Positions 33,005 through 45,009 of a DNA stretch of 64,000 bases are shown here, piece by piece; within the stretch, counting starts at the first letter, position 1, and each line of letters begins with the position of its first letter. A program made the position numbers and the translations under genes. The stretch is from Squalus acanthias. Its lineage: Eukaryota. The stretch spans positions 55,182,001 through 55,246,000 of the forward strand of contig CM059438.1 in NCBI GenBank assembly GCA_030390025.1, in the 5' to 3' direction. A model generated the notes under the pieces. That model had not been told where the DNA came from and did no database searches. It saw nothing but the letters and a program-made list of their open reading frames with translations.

Positions 33005-33257
33005 TATTTTTATTTGTTCTTGAGATGTGGGCCAAACTGGCAAGGCAATATTTACTGCCCATCTCTAGTTACCCCAAGGACAATAACAGCAAACATAGTG
33101 TGAGACTGGAGACATGTGGCCATCAATGAAACCGTTAGATTTTTCCGACAATCCAGTAGATTTAGTGGATTCAATTTCCCAATTTGCCATGGTGGGATTT
33201 GAACTCATGACCTCTGGTTACTAATCCAGGTCTTTGATCACTAGCTCACCATACCCT
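33005..33257 (-). mobile_element. SINE made of the tRNA-like head and 3' tail of the family B LINE
   Basis: 33020-33080 resembles the LINE tail 14312-14365; 33125-33255 resembles 20905-21095, including the B box GAGTTCAAATCC. Confidence 0.7.
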
Positions 33258-33330
33258 ACATGTTCTTCCTCCTCCTTCCATCCAGTGTTGATAGTATTGC
33301 ATTATTCTTCTCATTCTTTCCGAAGACTTT

Positions 33331-34075
33331 CAACGAGAGTCTAACCACCTCCCCATGACATTCAACGGCATTACCATTGCCGAATCCCCCACCATCAACA
33401 TCCTGGGGGTCACCATTGACCAGAAACTTAACTGGACCAGCCACATAAATACTGTGGCAACAAGAGCAGGTCAGAGGCTGGGTATACTCTAGCGAGTGTC
33501 TCATCTCCTGACTCCCCAAAGCCTTTCCACCATCTACAAGGCACAAGTAAGGAATGTGATGGAATACTTTCCACTTGCCTGGATGAGTGCAGCTCCAACA
33601 ACACTCAAGAAGCTCGACACCATCCAGGACAAAGCAGCCCGCTTGATTGGCACCCCATCCACCACCTTAAACATTCATTCCCTCCACCACCGGCGTACCG
33701 TGGCTGCAATGTGTACCATCTACAAGATGCACTGCAGCAACTCGCCAAGGCTTCTTCGGCATCACCTCCCAAACCCGCGACCTCTACCACCTAGAAGGAC
33801 AAGGGCAGCAGGCGCATGAGAACACCATCACCTGCAAGTTCCCCTCCAAATCACGCACCATCCTGACTTGGAAATATATCGCCGTTCCTTCATCGTCACT
33901 GGGTCAAAATTCTGGAACCCCCTCCCTAACAGCACTGTGGGAGTACCTTCACCACATGGACTGCAGCGGTTCAAGAAGGTGGCTCACCACCACCTTCTCA
34001 AGGGCAATTAGGGACGGGTAATAAATGCTGGCCTTGCCAGCGACGCCCACATCCCATAAACGAATATTTTTTTTT
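33331..34075 (+). mobile_element. Family B LINE 3' fragment
   Basis: HLLTPQSLSTIYKAQVR...; reverse complement of 11365-12100. Confidence 0.9.
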
Positions 34076-34251
34076 AAACTCCTTACTTCCCCAAGTCTGC
34101 CCTTCCTCCTGCAATCTAAAGATGTTTTTAAGACTCAATGTCACCTGCCTACTTCCTGATGTACTTCCTTGTCTGTCCTCTATTCAACTATGGTGCCTTG
34201 CATGATGGGTCTTGGCCCCTCGTCCTGGTTTCTAAGTAAAGAAATGATCAC

Positions 34252-34471
34252 CTCGATGGGATCGACGGTCCTGCTCAGGATCTCTTGGAGCACGGGAAGG
34301 TCGTCGCGATTCATTGTAGTGACTTCCCCTTCCTTAAATGCTGAGCGGAACCTGCCAGCTCTCCCAGAAATCTGCAGGGCCTGGGAAGTGGTTATCCTGT
34401 CCATCTCCTTCTCTCCCTTCTCATTTATACTCGGTTTCACCAGAGAATTGAAAATGATGCGTTTTATACTC
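34252..34471 (-). CDS. SUPV3L1: SUPV3L1 exon 11
   Basis: [73 protein letters not shown] (motif VI QxxGRAGR); CAG/GT boundaries; 220 bp. Confidence 0.95.
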
Positions 34472-34874
34472 CTGCACAATAGAGAGAGGTTGTTATGCTA
34501 ACAAGATTATTAGACGGAAAAGCAAGGTTTGAATCACAATTCTCGTCCCGCTGCTCAGTGACCCACGGTGGGGGGCAGATTCGCAGTACAGGGCACCCTC
34601 CAGTAGGGGTGACAAAGGGCTTAAATAAACAGCTAGGGTCCCTGCTCCTTACTGACTGTGTATGTGTCTCTCAGGCACTGCACTCAGCTGTGATCAGCCT
34701 CCACAGTCCAACAGTCTGCAGGCACTTACTGTTGAGGCTCACACATGACAAACGAACCACTAGTCATTATCTAAAGGAGAAGAGATAACAACCAAGAAAA
34801 TGAAGGAATCAGCACCCGTGAGCTGTACCTCAGCGTGAGTCACTGAGCAGAGGGGAGAAAACTCTAACATATTC

Positions 34875-36358
34875 ATTAGAAAAAGGTATCGTGCCAGAGG
34901 ACTGGCGGATAGCTAACGTAATACCGATATTTAAGGGGGAAAGAACATGTCCAGGGAATTACAGACCAGTCAGCTTAACATCGGTGGTAGGAAAAATAAT
35001 GGAATCCCTACTAAAGGAGAATAGAAGATCATCTAGAAATCAAAAATATAATAATGAATAGTCAACATGGATTTCAAAAGGGAAAGTCTTACTTGACCAA
35101 CCTTATTGAATTTTTTGAAGAGGTAACAGAGAGAGTAGACAATGGTAATACAGTAGTTGTAAATTATCTGAATTTTCAAAAGACTTCGATAAGGTACCCC
35201 ATATTAGACTGATGAATAAGGTCAGAGAATGTGGAGTCAGGGGACAAGTAGCAGAATGGATTGCTGGCTGGCTTCAGGTCAGAAAGCAGAGAGTGGGAGT
35301 AAAGGGTAGCTATTCACAGTGGCAGAAGGTGGGTCGTGGTGTTCCACAAGGATCAGTGCTGGGACCACTGCTGTTCACAATTTACATTAACAATTTAGAC
35401 CTTGGAATCAAAAACACAATTTCTAAATTTGCAGATGACACCAAATTGGGGGGGATAGTCAATACTGAGGAGGACTGCAACAAATTACAGGAGGACATTA
35501 ATAAACTTACAGAATGGGCAAATAATTGGCAAATGAAGTTCAACACAGATAAATGTGAGGTATTACATTTTGGTAGGAAGATTAGGGAGGTCACTTATCA
35601 CTTGGAGGGTGCGAGTCTAGGTGGGGGTAGAGGAGCAAAGGGATCGCAGAGTACAAATACACAAATCACTAAAAGTTGCGACACAGGTTAGCAAGGCCAT
35701 TAAAAAAGCAAACCAAGCACTAGGGTTTATTTCTAGAGGGATAGAGTTGAAAAGTAGGGAAGTTATGCTAAACCTGTATCGAACCTTGGTTAGACCACAC
35801 TTAGAGTACTGCGTGCAGTTCTGGTCGCCATATTATAAAAAGGATATAGAGGCACTGGAGAGGGTGCAGAGAAGATTTACAAGGATGATACCAGAAATGC
35901 GAGGGTATACATATCAGGAAAGGATGAACAGGCTGGGTCTCTTTTCTCTTGAAAGAAGGCTGAGGGGTGACCTAATAGAGGTCTTTAAAATTATGAAAAA
36001 TTTTGATAGAGTGGATACAGAGAGAATGTTTCCATTTGTGGGGAAGAGCATAACTGGAGGCAATCAATATAAGATAGTCACCAAGAAATCAAATAGGGAA
36101 TTCAGAAGAAACTTCTTTACCCAAAGAGTGGTGAGAATGTGGAACTCGCTACCACAGGGAGTGGTTGAAGCGAATTGTATGGATGAATTTAAGAGGAGGC
36201 TGGACAAGCACATGAGGGAGAAGGGAATAGAGGGTTATGCTGATAGATTTAGAGGAGGAAAGACAGGAGGAAGCTCGAGTGGAGCATAAACACCAGCATG
36301 GACTGGTTGGGCCGAATGGCCTGTTTCTGTGCCGTATATCCTATGCAATCCTATGTAA
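34875..36358 (+). mobile_element. CR1 LINE RT and 3' end
   Basis: [27 protein letters not shown]; tail ends ~20 bp from the exon 10 donor. Confidence 0.92.
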
Positions 36359-36379
36359 CAAAGTCTGTGGTATACTCAC

Positions 36380-36473
36380 AGATTCAAACCCATCCCAATG
36401 GCATCTGTAGCGACCATGATCTTACAGGGATCCTCAGGGTCATTGAATTTCTTTGCTTGAGCCAACTTTGTTC
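36380..36473 (-). CDS. SUPV3L1: SUPV3L1 exon 10
   Basis: [31 protein letters not shown] (helicase motif V); TAG acceptor, GTGAGT donor; 94 bp. Confidence 0.95.
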
Positions 36474-36750
36474 CTAAGATCAAGAATACAGACACCTTCA
36501 GTAAATCAGACCTTGTTGCTGATGACACTCAATGCAACTACCCAAACGCTCGTGGCCCGTGTCCCTTCATCCATGGCTTTTGGCAGCTCCATGTGCCTCG
36601 AGGGTTCTGTTTATAGCCTGGTGAGCAGGCTGCGATTCAGTGCCACGTCCCCTTGTTTTGATTCTTTTACAGGAAAAGGCAGCAAGAAAATGTGAGTCGG
36701 AGGCAGAATTATCGCAGTGTCTACACAAGTGGAACGATTGGCTCCTGTAT

Positions 36751-37410
36751 AGAAACATAGAAGATAGGAGCAGGAGTAGGCCATTCGGCCCCTCGAGCCT
36801 GCTCCGCCATTCGATGAGATCATGGCTGATCATCCAAACTCAGTACCCTGTACCTGCCTTCTCCCCATATCCCTTGATACCTTTAGCTTTAAGAAATATA
36901 TCTAACTCATTCTTGAATATATTTAATGACTTGGCCTCAACTACCTTCTGTGGTAGAGAATTCCACAGGTTCACCACTCTTTGGGTGAAGAAATTCTTCC
37001 TCATTTCTGTCCTAAATGGCTTACCCCTTATCCTTAGACTGTGACCCCTGGTTCTGGACTCTCCGATCATCGGGAACATTCTTCCTGCATCTAGTTTGTC
37101 CAGACCTGTCAGAATTTTATATGTTTCGATGAGATCCCCTCTCATTCTTCTATACTCCAGCGAGTATAAGCCCAATCGACCCAATCTCTCCTCATATGTC
37201 ATTCCTGCCATCCCAGGTATCAGCCTTGTGAATCTTCGCTGAACTCCTTCCATGGCAAGAACATCCTTCCTCAGATAAGGCAACCAAAACTGCACACAGT
37301 ACTCAAGGTGTGGTCTCACCAAGGCCCTGTACAACTGCAGCAGGACATCCCTGTTCCTATACTCAAACCCTTTCGCTATGAAGGCCACATACCATTTGCC
37401 TTCTTCACCG
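36751..37410 (-). mobile_element. CR1 LINE 3' fragment
   Basis: ORF 36840-37433 with LVRPHLEYCVQFW; (CATAGAA) tail. Confidence 0.92.
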
Positions 37411-37958
37411 TATGATTCATCGCTGGCCTCCATTTGGAAACTGTCCAGTGTCTTGATGGAAATCAGGGGCCCGGTGTGGGGAAATTGCAGACCCAGATCT
37501 GGGTCCCCTCACTCCTGATCAGGGTGGTGCAGTGTTAGAGGTTGGCTCTTTCACCAACACGTTGGCTGGGATTGTGACCGCAACAGAGGGTTTTGTGAGC
37601 AACTCTGCCCAAAACAAACAGTATACACAAGTTGGGAGACGGAGGAACAGCAGCACAGTGCTGGGGATACAGGAGAAGGAGCCTTAGGTGTTCACATACT
37701 GGAATGTGCTGATTCATTTCTGGCTCTAGGTTAGAAAGATCCTCAAACTCGGCGACAAAAGCAGGACTGAGTGCCAATCCTTCAATTCCCCAACACTGAC
37801 ATCCCTCATTGTGATGGACACACACAAAATTCACCAAATAATCTGCATCGCAGGTTATCTTTTATAAGGCACGAGGTTAGTGTCTCATGGCATTAATCAA
37901 CCCAAAGCAAAATTGCTTTCACAGAAGCACGCATCACCTTCAGTCACTCTCCCCATTA

Positions 37959-38108
37959 CTTGCTGGAGTGCTGTTTCCCTGATCCCCATAGAGGCTGGAT
38001 CTTGCTGGAGTGCTGTTTCCCTGATCCCCATAGAGGCTGGATCTTGCTGGAGTGCTGTTTCCCTGATCCCCATAGAGGCTGGATCTTGCTGGAGTGCTGT
38101 TTCCCTGA
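37959..38108. repeat. 42-bp minisatellite, array 1
   Basis: CTTGCTGGAGTGCTGTTTCCCTGATCCCCATAGAGGCTGGAT x ~3.5. Confidence 0.95.
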
Positions 38109-38438
38109 CTTTTGGTAGCTCCATGTGCCTCGAGGGTTCTGTTTAGAGCCTGGTGAGCAGGCTGCGATTCAGTGCCACGACCCCTTGTTTTGATTCTTTT
38201 ACAGGAAAAGGCAGCAAGAAAATGTGAGTCGGAGGCAGAATTATCGCAGTGTCTACACAAGTGGAACGATTGGCTCCTGTATGATTCCCCATGACAGAAC
38301 TATTACTGTTTAAATGTACAAACAGGCTCAATGACATATTATCGGAGAATCCAAGACTCTCCCCTCCTGACTCTTGCTGGACCCAGACTGCAGAATTGCT
38401 CCAAGCCGTTATTTCTTCATGTGTGATCCCTGTGCCTG

Positions 38439-38686
38439 TGGGGATCAGGGAAACAGCACTCCAGCAAGATCCAGCCTCTATGGGGATCAGGGAATCAGCA
38501 CTCCAGCAAGATCCAGCCTCTATGGGGATCAGGGAATCAGCACTCCAGCAAGATCCAGCCTCTATGGGGATCAGGGAAACAGCACTCCAGCAAGATCCAG
38601 CCTCTATGGGGATCAGGGAATCAGCACTCCAGCAAGATCCAGCCTCTATGGGGGATCAGGGAAACAGCACTCCAGCAAGATCCAGT
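38439..38686. repeat. 42-bp minisatellite, array 2 (inverted relative to array 1)
   Basis: GGGGATCAGGGAA(A/T)CAGCACTCCAGCAAGATCCAGCCTCTAT x ~6. Confidence 0.95.
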
Positions 38687-39690
38687 GCCTGCTGGTAAGT
38701 GCGGAAACTTAAAAGCCATTTTATTAAAGATCAGAGATCTCACTTGGGAGAGGTCAGTGAGGCATTTAAGGCACCAAACTGTAGAATCCAAGCAGAACAA
38801 TCACATCAGAAATGGCTTAAAGGTTCCTATAGGAAGTGCAAAAAACACAAACCAGAAAAATCTGCACACAAGGCACCAACCAATTGTGGGCAGAGCAGCT
38901 TTAAACCCATTGCATCTCAGGCTCCAGGGGCGTGAAGAAATGTTTCACCTTTTTGAGCAATGATTCTTGCAATTTACATTGCCATCCTCCCCAAAGTTCT
39001 CCCATACTAATGCTCCACACCCCTAGACGATCCTCCCACGACTGCCAGATCTTAGCAAACCACTTCTTCCACTTCCATATTCCCAGCACACCAGTCCCAA
39101 TACTCCCAAACCTCAGAACTGCCCATCCAATACTCCAAGACCCGAGGAGCACCCCCATCTATTTCCACATCCAAACAGCCCTCTGCCTCCTCCACACTCT
39201 GCCAAAGATACGCCCAGTCCTCGCACTCCAAGAGGACAGCTCAGCACTACCGAACCACATCATCCTGAGCCCCTCTAATCAGCAATTTTACTTCTCCTTT
39301 GCCTCCTATCTACCTGCTACCTGGAACATTCTTCCCTACCATCCTCCTGTGGATTCTGGACTTCAAAGAAAAGTTAAAAAAAATCACTGCATAGCTAAAT
39401 AAACATCATAATCAAGGCCAATGATTTACTCTATCAATGAAAATATGACTCAATGTGAAACTGAGAGTACCAGCAACACTTCCACAACACTTAGTAATGA
39501 AGAATCGATTTGAGTTCAATGACTGTAAATCAATGGCCTCGATACATTGTACATTACACAGAATAAAACAGTGTATTTCCTGACTCCCTATCAGCATCAC
39601 AGGAGAGCCACTGGTATCAGATTAAAATTTTGTGTATAGTAAATACCGTCACACAATTGTATAACATTTTTGTGCAACACTTCATTGTAG

Positions 39691-42492
39691 ACATAAGAAC
39701 ATAAGAAATAGGAGCAGGAGTCGGCCATTCGGCCCTTCGAGCCTGCTCCGCCATTCAATGAGATCATGGCTGATCATCTGCCTCAATTCCATTCACCGGC
39801 CCTATCGCCATATCCCTTGATGCCTTTACTAGTCAGAAATCTATCGACTTCTGTTTTGAATATACCCAATGACTGAGCCTCCACAACCCTCTGGGGTAGA
39901 GAATTCCAAAGATTCACCACCCTCTCTGTGAAGAAATTTCTTCTCATCTCAGTCCTGAATGGCCTACCCTTTATCCTGAGGCTGTGGCCCCTGGTTCTAG
40001 ACTCCCCAGCCAAGGGAAACATTCTCCCAGCATCCACCCTATCAAGCCCTGTAATAATTTTGTATGCTTCAATGAGATCCCCTCTCATTCTTCTGAATTC
40101 AAGAGAATACAGGCCTAGTTTACTCAATCTCTTCTGATACGACAGTCCCACCATCCCAGGAATCAATCGCGTGAACCTTCGTTGCACTCCCTCTATGGCA
40201 AGTGTATCCTTCCTTAGGGAAGGAGACCAAAATTGTACACAGTACTCCAGGTGTGGTCTCACCAAGGCCCAATATAATTGGAGTAAGACTTCTTTACTCC
40301 TGTACTCAAATCCTCTTGTAATGAAGGCCAGCATACCATTTGCCTTCCTAATGGCTTGCTACACCTGCACATTCACTTTCAGTGACTCATGTACAAGGAC
40401 ATCCAGGTCCCTTTGAGCATCTGCATTCCCCAATCTTTCACCATTTAGGAAATACTCTGCCTTTCTGTTTTTTCTACCAAAGTGGATAACTTCACATTTA
40501 TCCACATATATTCCATCTGCCATGTTCTCGCCCACTCACTGAGCCTGTCGAGATCCCTTTGAAGCCTCTTCACATCCTCTTCGCAACTGACACTGCCACC
40601 TAGCTTTATGTCATCAGCAAATTTGGAAATGTTACATTTAGTCCCCTCATCCAAATCATTGATATAGATTGTGAATAGCTGGGGCCCAAGCACCGATCCT
40701 TGCGGTACCCCACAAGTCACAGCCTGCCATCCTGAAAAAGACCCGTTTATCCCTACTATTTGTTTTCTGTCTGTTAACCAATTCTCAATCCATGCTAGTA
40801 TATTACCCCCAATTCCATGTGCCCTAATTTTGTTCACCAACCTCTTGTGTGGGACCTTATCGAAGGCCTTCTGAAAATCCAGATACACCACATCCACCGG
40901 TTCCCCTTTGTCTACTCCACTAGTTACATCCTCAAAGAACTCCAATAGGTTTGTCAAATAGGATTTCCCTTTCATAAATCCATGTTGACTCTGCCCAATC
41001 TTACTATTCGTTTCTAAGTGCCCAGTTATTGCATCCTTTATAATAGATTCCAGCATTTTCCCAACTACTGATGTGAGGCTAACAGGTCTGTAGTTCCCCG
41101 TTTTCTCTCTCCCTCCTTTCTTAAATAGCGCGGTTACATTTGCTATCCTCCAATCTGCAGGAACCATTCCAGAATCTATAGAACCAATGCATCCACTATC
41201 CCAATGGCCACCTCTTTCAAAACCATAGGATGTAGGTCATCCGGTCCTTGGGATTTAGCGACTTTTAGTCCCATCAATTTTGCGAGTACTGTTTTTTTAC
41301 GAATAATAATTTCTTTAAGTTCCTCATTCTCGCCACACCTTTGGCTTTCTCGTATTTCACAGAATCACAGAATCCCCACAGTGCAGATAGAGGCCATTTC
41401 GGCCCATCGAGCCTGCACCGACACATATCCCACCCTATCCCCGTAACCCCACGTATTTAATCCCCCTAACACTAAGGGTCAATTTATCATAGCCAAATCA
41501 ACCTAACCTGCACATCTTTGGACTGTGGAGGAAACCGGAGCACCCGGAGGAAACCCACGCAGACACGGGGAGAATGTGCAAACTCTACACAGACAGTCAT
41601 CCGAGGCCGAATTCGAACCCGGGTCCCTGGCGCTGTGAGGCAACAGTGCTAACCACTATGCCACCGTGTTGCCTTTCTGGGAGGTTTTTTGTGTCTTCCT
41701 CTGTGAAGACAGAAACAAAGTATTTATTTAATTTCTCTGCCATTTCCTCATTCCCCATTATAAATTCTCCCGTCTCTGACTGTAAAGGACCTACATTTAC
41801 CTTCGCCAGTCTTTTCCTTTTCACATACCTATAGAAGCTTTTACAATCAGTTTTTATATTTTTCGTTAGTTTGTGCTCATATTCCATTTTCCCTTTCTTT
41901 ATCAATTTCTTGGTCCCCCTTTGCTGATTTCTAAAAAGATCCCAATCCTCAGGCTGACCGCTTTTTCTGGCAACTTTATAAGCTTCCTCCTTTGACTTAA
42001 TACTAGCTTTAATTTCTTTTGTTAGCCATGGTTGGATCACTTTTCCTTTTGGGTTTTTATGCCCTAGAGGAATATATGTTTGTTGCAAATTATGCATTAT
42101 TTCCTTGAATGTTAGCCATTGTATGTCCACCTTCATACCTTTTAGTGTAGTCTCCCAATCTACCATGGCCAACTTGTCCCTCATACCCCTTGTAGTTTCC
42201 TCTGTTTAGATTGAAGACCTTAGTTTCAGATTGGACTACATCACTCTCAAACTTAATATAAAATTCAATCATATTATGGTCACTTGTCCCTAAAGGCCTC
42301 TTTACCACAAGATTATTGATTAGCCCTTTCTCATTACACAGTACCAAATCCAGAATAGCCTGTTCCCTGGTTGGTTCCTCCACATACTGATTCAGGAAAC
42401 CATCTCGCATGCATTCCAAGAATTCGTCCTCCACACCATTAGTGGCAATTTGATTTGCCCAGTCAATATGTAGATTAAAGTCCCCCATGACT
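39691..42492 (-). mobile_element. 5'-truncated CR1 LINE with nested SINE
   Basis: MGDFN endonuclease through RT ORFs; very similar to 54748-57192. Confidence 0.93.
41359..41673 (-). mobile_element. HE1-like (V-domain) tRNA-derived SINE
   Basis: A box TGGCATAGTGG, B box GGTTCGAATTC, V-domain GTGGGTTTCCTCCGGGTGCTCCGGTTTCCTCC, CR1-like tail; TTTC direct repeat; empty site visible at 56428. Confidence 0.88.
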
Positions 42493-43124
42493 TATTCTAA
42501 TCTAGGCAAATATATTCTATCACACCTGATTGGGTTATTCTTGCCACTTGACTGACTCCCACCCCTCAGTTCTATTTTCTCAAGAGCTGCAGCAGACCAC
42601 TGGCAAGAAAGTTAAAAAGCACCATGATAGGTATAAACATCGGAAAGTTTCAGCTTTTTAAATGATGTCCTTTCTCATCCTAATTTGAGTTCTTAAAAAA
42701 AAAATCAAAACCGAGTTGAATTTTGAAGCAAGCAAAGGCTATATCACCTGGGTTTTGTTGATTGTTACAAAATGTAAACTTTCTCATTACTGATGTAGTA
42801 AGTGAAAGATAGATACATAGACAGAAAGAAAGGGGCTGCATTTTCTGAAATATTATATGCCTTCATTTTCATAATAAGTCTCTTTCGTGGCACTGCTTCA
42901 GTTTGAAATGCTGTGGCCATTTCGACCAGGAATAGCTGCTTTGAGCCAAAGCCTGCCGAGCGTGGTTAGCTGCCTCAAACAGACCTACACTGAGTGACGA
43001 ATCCAGTGACACTCAAGAGGTTTTAAATGCAGGATGTGCAAAGTTTCGGAGAATTCCCACATCATGGCCAATTTGTTAGCAATGTCTGGTCAATCAGTAC
43101 CTTGGTGTCAACAAATTCCTCACA

Positions 43125-43285
43125 TTTTTTGAACGATAAGGGAGTCAAGGGTTATGGGGAGCGGGCAGGGGAGGGGAGTGGAGTTGGGGCCAAGATCAGA
43201 TCAGCCATGATCTTATTGAATGGCGGAGCAGGCTCGAGGGGCCAAATGACCTAGTCCTGCTCCTACATCTTATGTTCTTATGTTC
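43125..43285 (+). mobile_element. CR1 3' tail fragment
   Basis: GGCGGAGCAGGCTCGAGGGGCC...TCTTATGTTCTTATGTT. Confidence 0.8.
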
Positions 43286-43506
43286 AGCTAGTCTTTGACA
43301 GAGGCTTTTTAAAAATCAACACTGCTGCTGCTTTTCTGAGATTTTTGCTGGTGCTTTGGAGATTGAACTTTACGACTCTGTCCATTATTCTCCAAAAACT
43401 CTAAATGAGGGGCCTTTATACATGTTATACATATTCCTTTAACTAGATATAGAATTTTACTCCTGGTCATTTTTCATGATGAGAATACACAGCAAGATTC
43501 ACAAGT

Positions 43507-44452
43507 TGGGGGGTGGGGGGATGGGCCTGGGTTTTTTTTTGGGGGGGGGGGTTTCGGGGGGGGGGGGGGAGATGGGCCTGGGGTTTTCGGGGGGGGGGGG
43601 GGGGGCCCTGGGTTTTTGGGGGGGGGGGGGGTGGTGGATGGGCCTGGGGTTTGGTTGGGGGGGTGGGGGGATGGGCCTGGGGTTTGGTTGGGGGGGTGGG
43701 GGGATGGGCCTGGGGTTTTTTTGGTGGGGGGGGGGGGTCTTCGGGGGAGGGGGTGAGCCTGGGGTTTTTTTTTGGGGGGGGGGGGGATGGGCCTGGGGTT
43801 TTCAGGAGGGGGGGGAATGGGCCTGGGGTTTTCAGGAGGGGGGGGGATGGGCCTGGGGTTTTCGGGGGGGGGCCTGGGGTTTTCAGGAGGGGGGGGATGG
43901 GCCTGGGGTTTTCAGGAGGGGGGGAATGGGCCTGGGGTTTTCAGGAGGGGGGGGGTGGGCCTGGGGTTTTCAGGAGGGGGGGGGGGCCTGGGGTTTTCGG
44001 GGGGGGGGGGGGGGGCCTGGGGTTTTCGGGGGGGGGCGGGGGGCTGGGGTTTTCGGGGGGGGGGGGGCGGGGGGCCTGGGGTTTTCGGGGGGGGGGGGGG
44101 CCTGGGGTTTTCGGGGGGGGGGGGGCTGGGGTTTTCGGGGGGGGGGCCTGGGGTTTTCGGGAGGGGGGGGGGATGGGCCTGGGTTTTTCGGAGGGGGGGG
44201 GGATGGGCCTGGGTTTTAGGGGGGGGGGGGGTGGATGGGCCTGGGTTTGTTCGGGGGGGTGGGGGGGGGGGGGCCCTGGGTTTTTTTGGTGGGGGGGGGG
44301 GGGGCCTGGGGTTTTCGGGGGGGGGGGGGGGCCTGGGTTTTTCGGGGGGGGGGGTGGGCCTGGGTTTTCGGGGGGGGGGGGGGGGGCCTGGGGTTTTCAG
44401 AGGGGGGGGAGGGGCCTGGGTTTTTCGGGGGGGGGGGGGGCCTGGGGTTTGT
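43507..44452. repeat. G-rich variable tandem repeat (GGGCCTGGGGTTTTC + poly-G)n
   Basis: ~950 bp; source of the spurious Gly-rich ORFs. Confidence 0.97.
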
Positions 44453-45009
44453 TAGCGAACATTATCTTGACCTCACTCCTCTCTCTCGCTCTCTGTGTTC
44501 GCTACAAGTGATGAGAATGCTACTATTTCCTAACCGTCAACAAACAGTAAAGCTGACTGAATGGTCCTGGTCCATCCTGGGAATTGAGGCAGGCTGCACA
44601 TGCTCACACTGCATCATCCAAATTCAGCTCACAGAGTCATAGCTCTGGGCAAAAATATCAAGTCCAAGCCCAGGCTTCTGTGAGAGACCGAGGCTATTAT
44701 GTAATAACTTTAATGAAGAAATTAAAAGGAACAAAAGGCGTGGTTAAATTTATCATGCTATTGTGAAATATGTAATTTAAGACATTTTGCTTGAACCCTT
44801 ATTTTGGGACTTGGAAGTTTCAGTTACCAAAAAAAAGCAATAAACAAAAACATTTCAGAAAAGAGATTCGTGGGAACCAGATTATGAAATCACAAGGTGA
44901 AATACTCTTAATATAAAACAGCAATTATCATTTGTGTGTCAGAAGCTGTGACAGGGAAATGTGGCACATTTAACATTGAAAACACGCACAGGAATAAAGT
45001 TATCCTGCA

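Noticed and set aside
41590..41673. tRNA gene
   Set aside because: The A/B boxes belong to a SINE head that continues into the V-domain and a CR1-like tail; likewise for 31241, 51611 and 21017-21098
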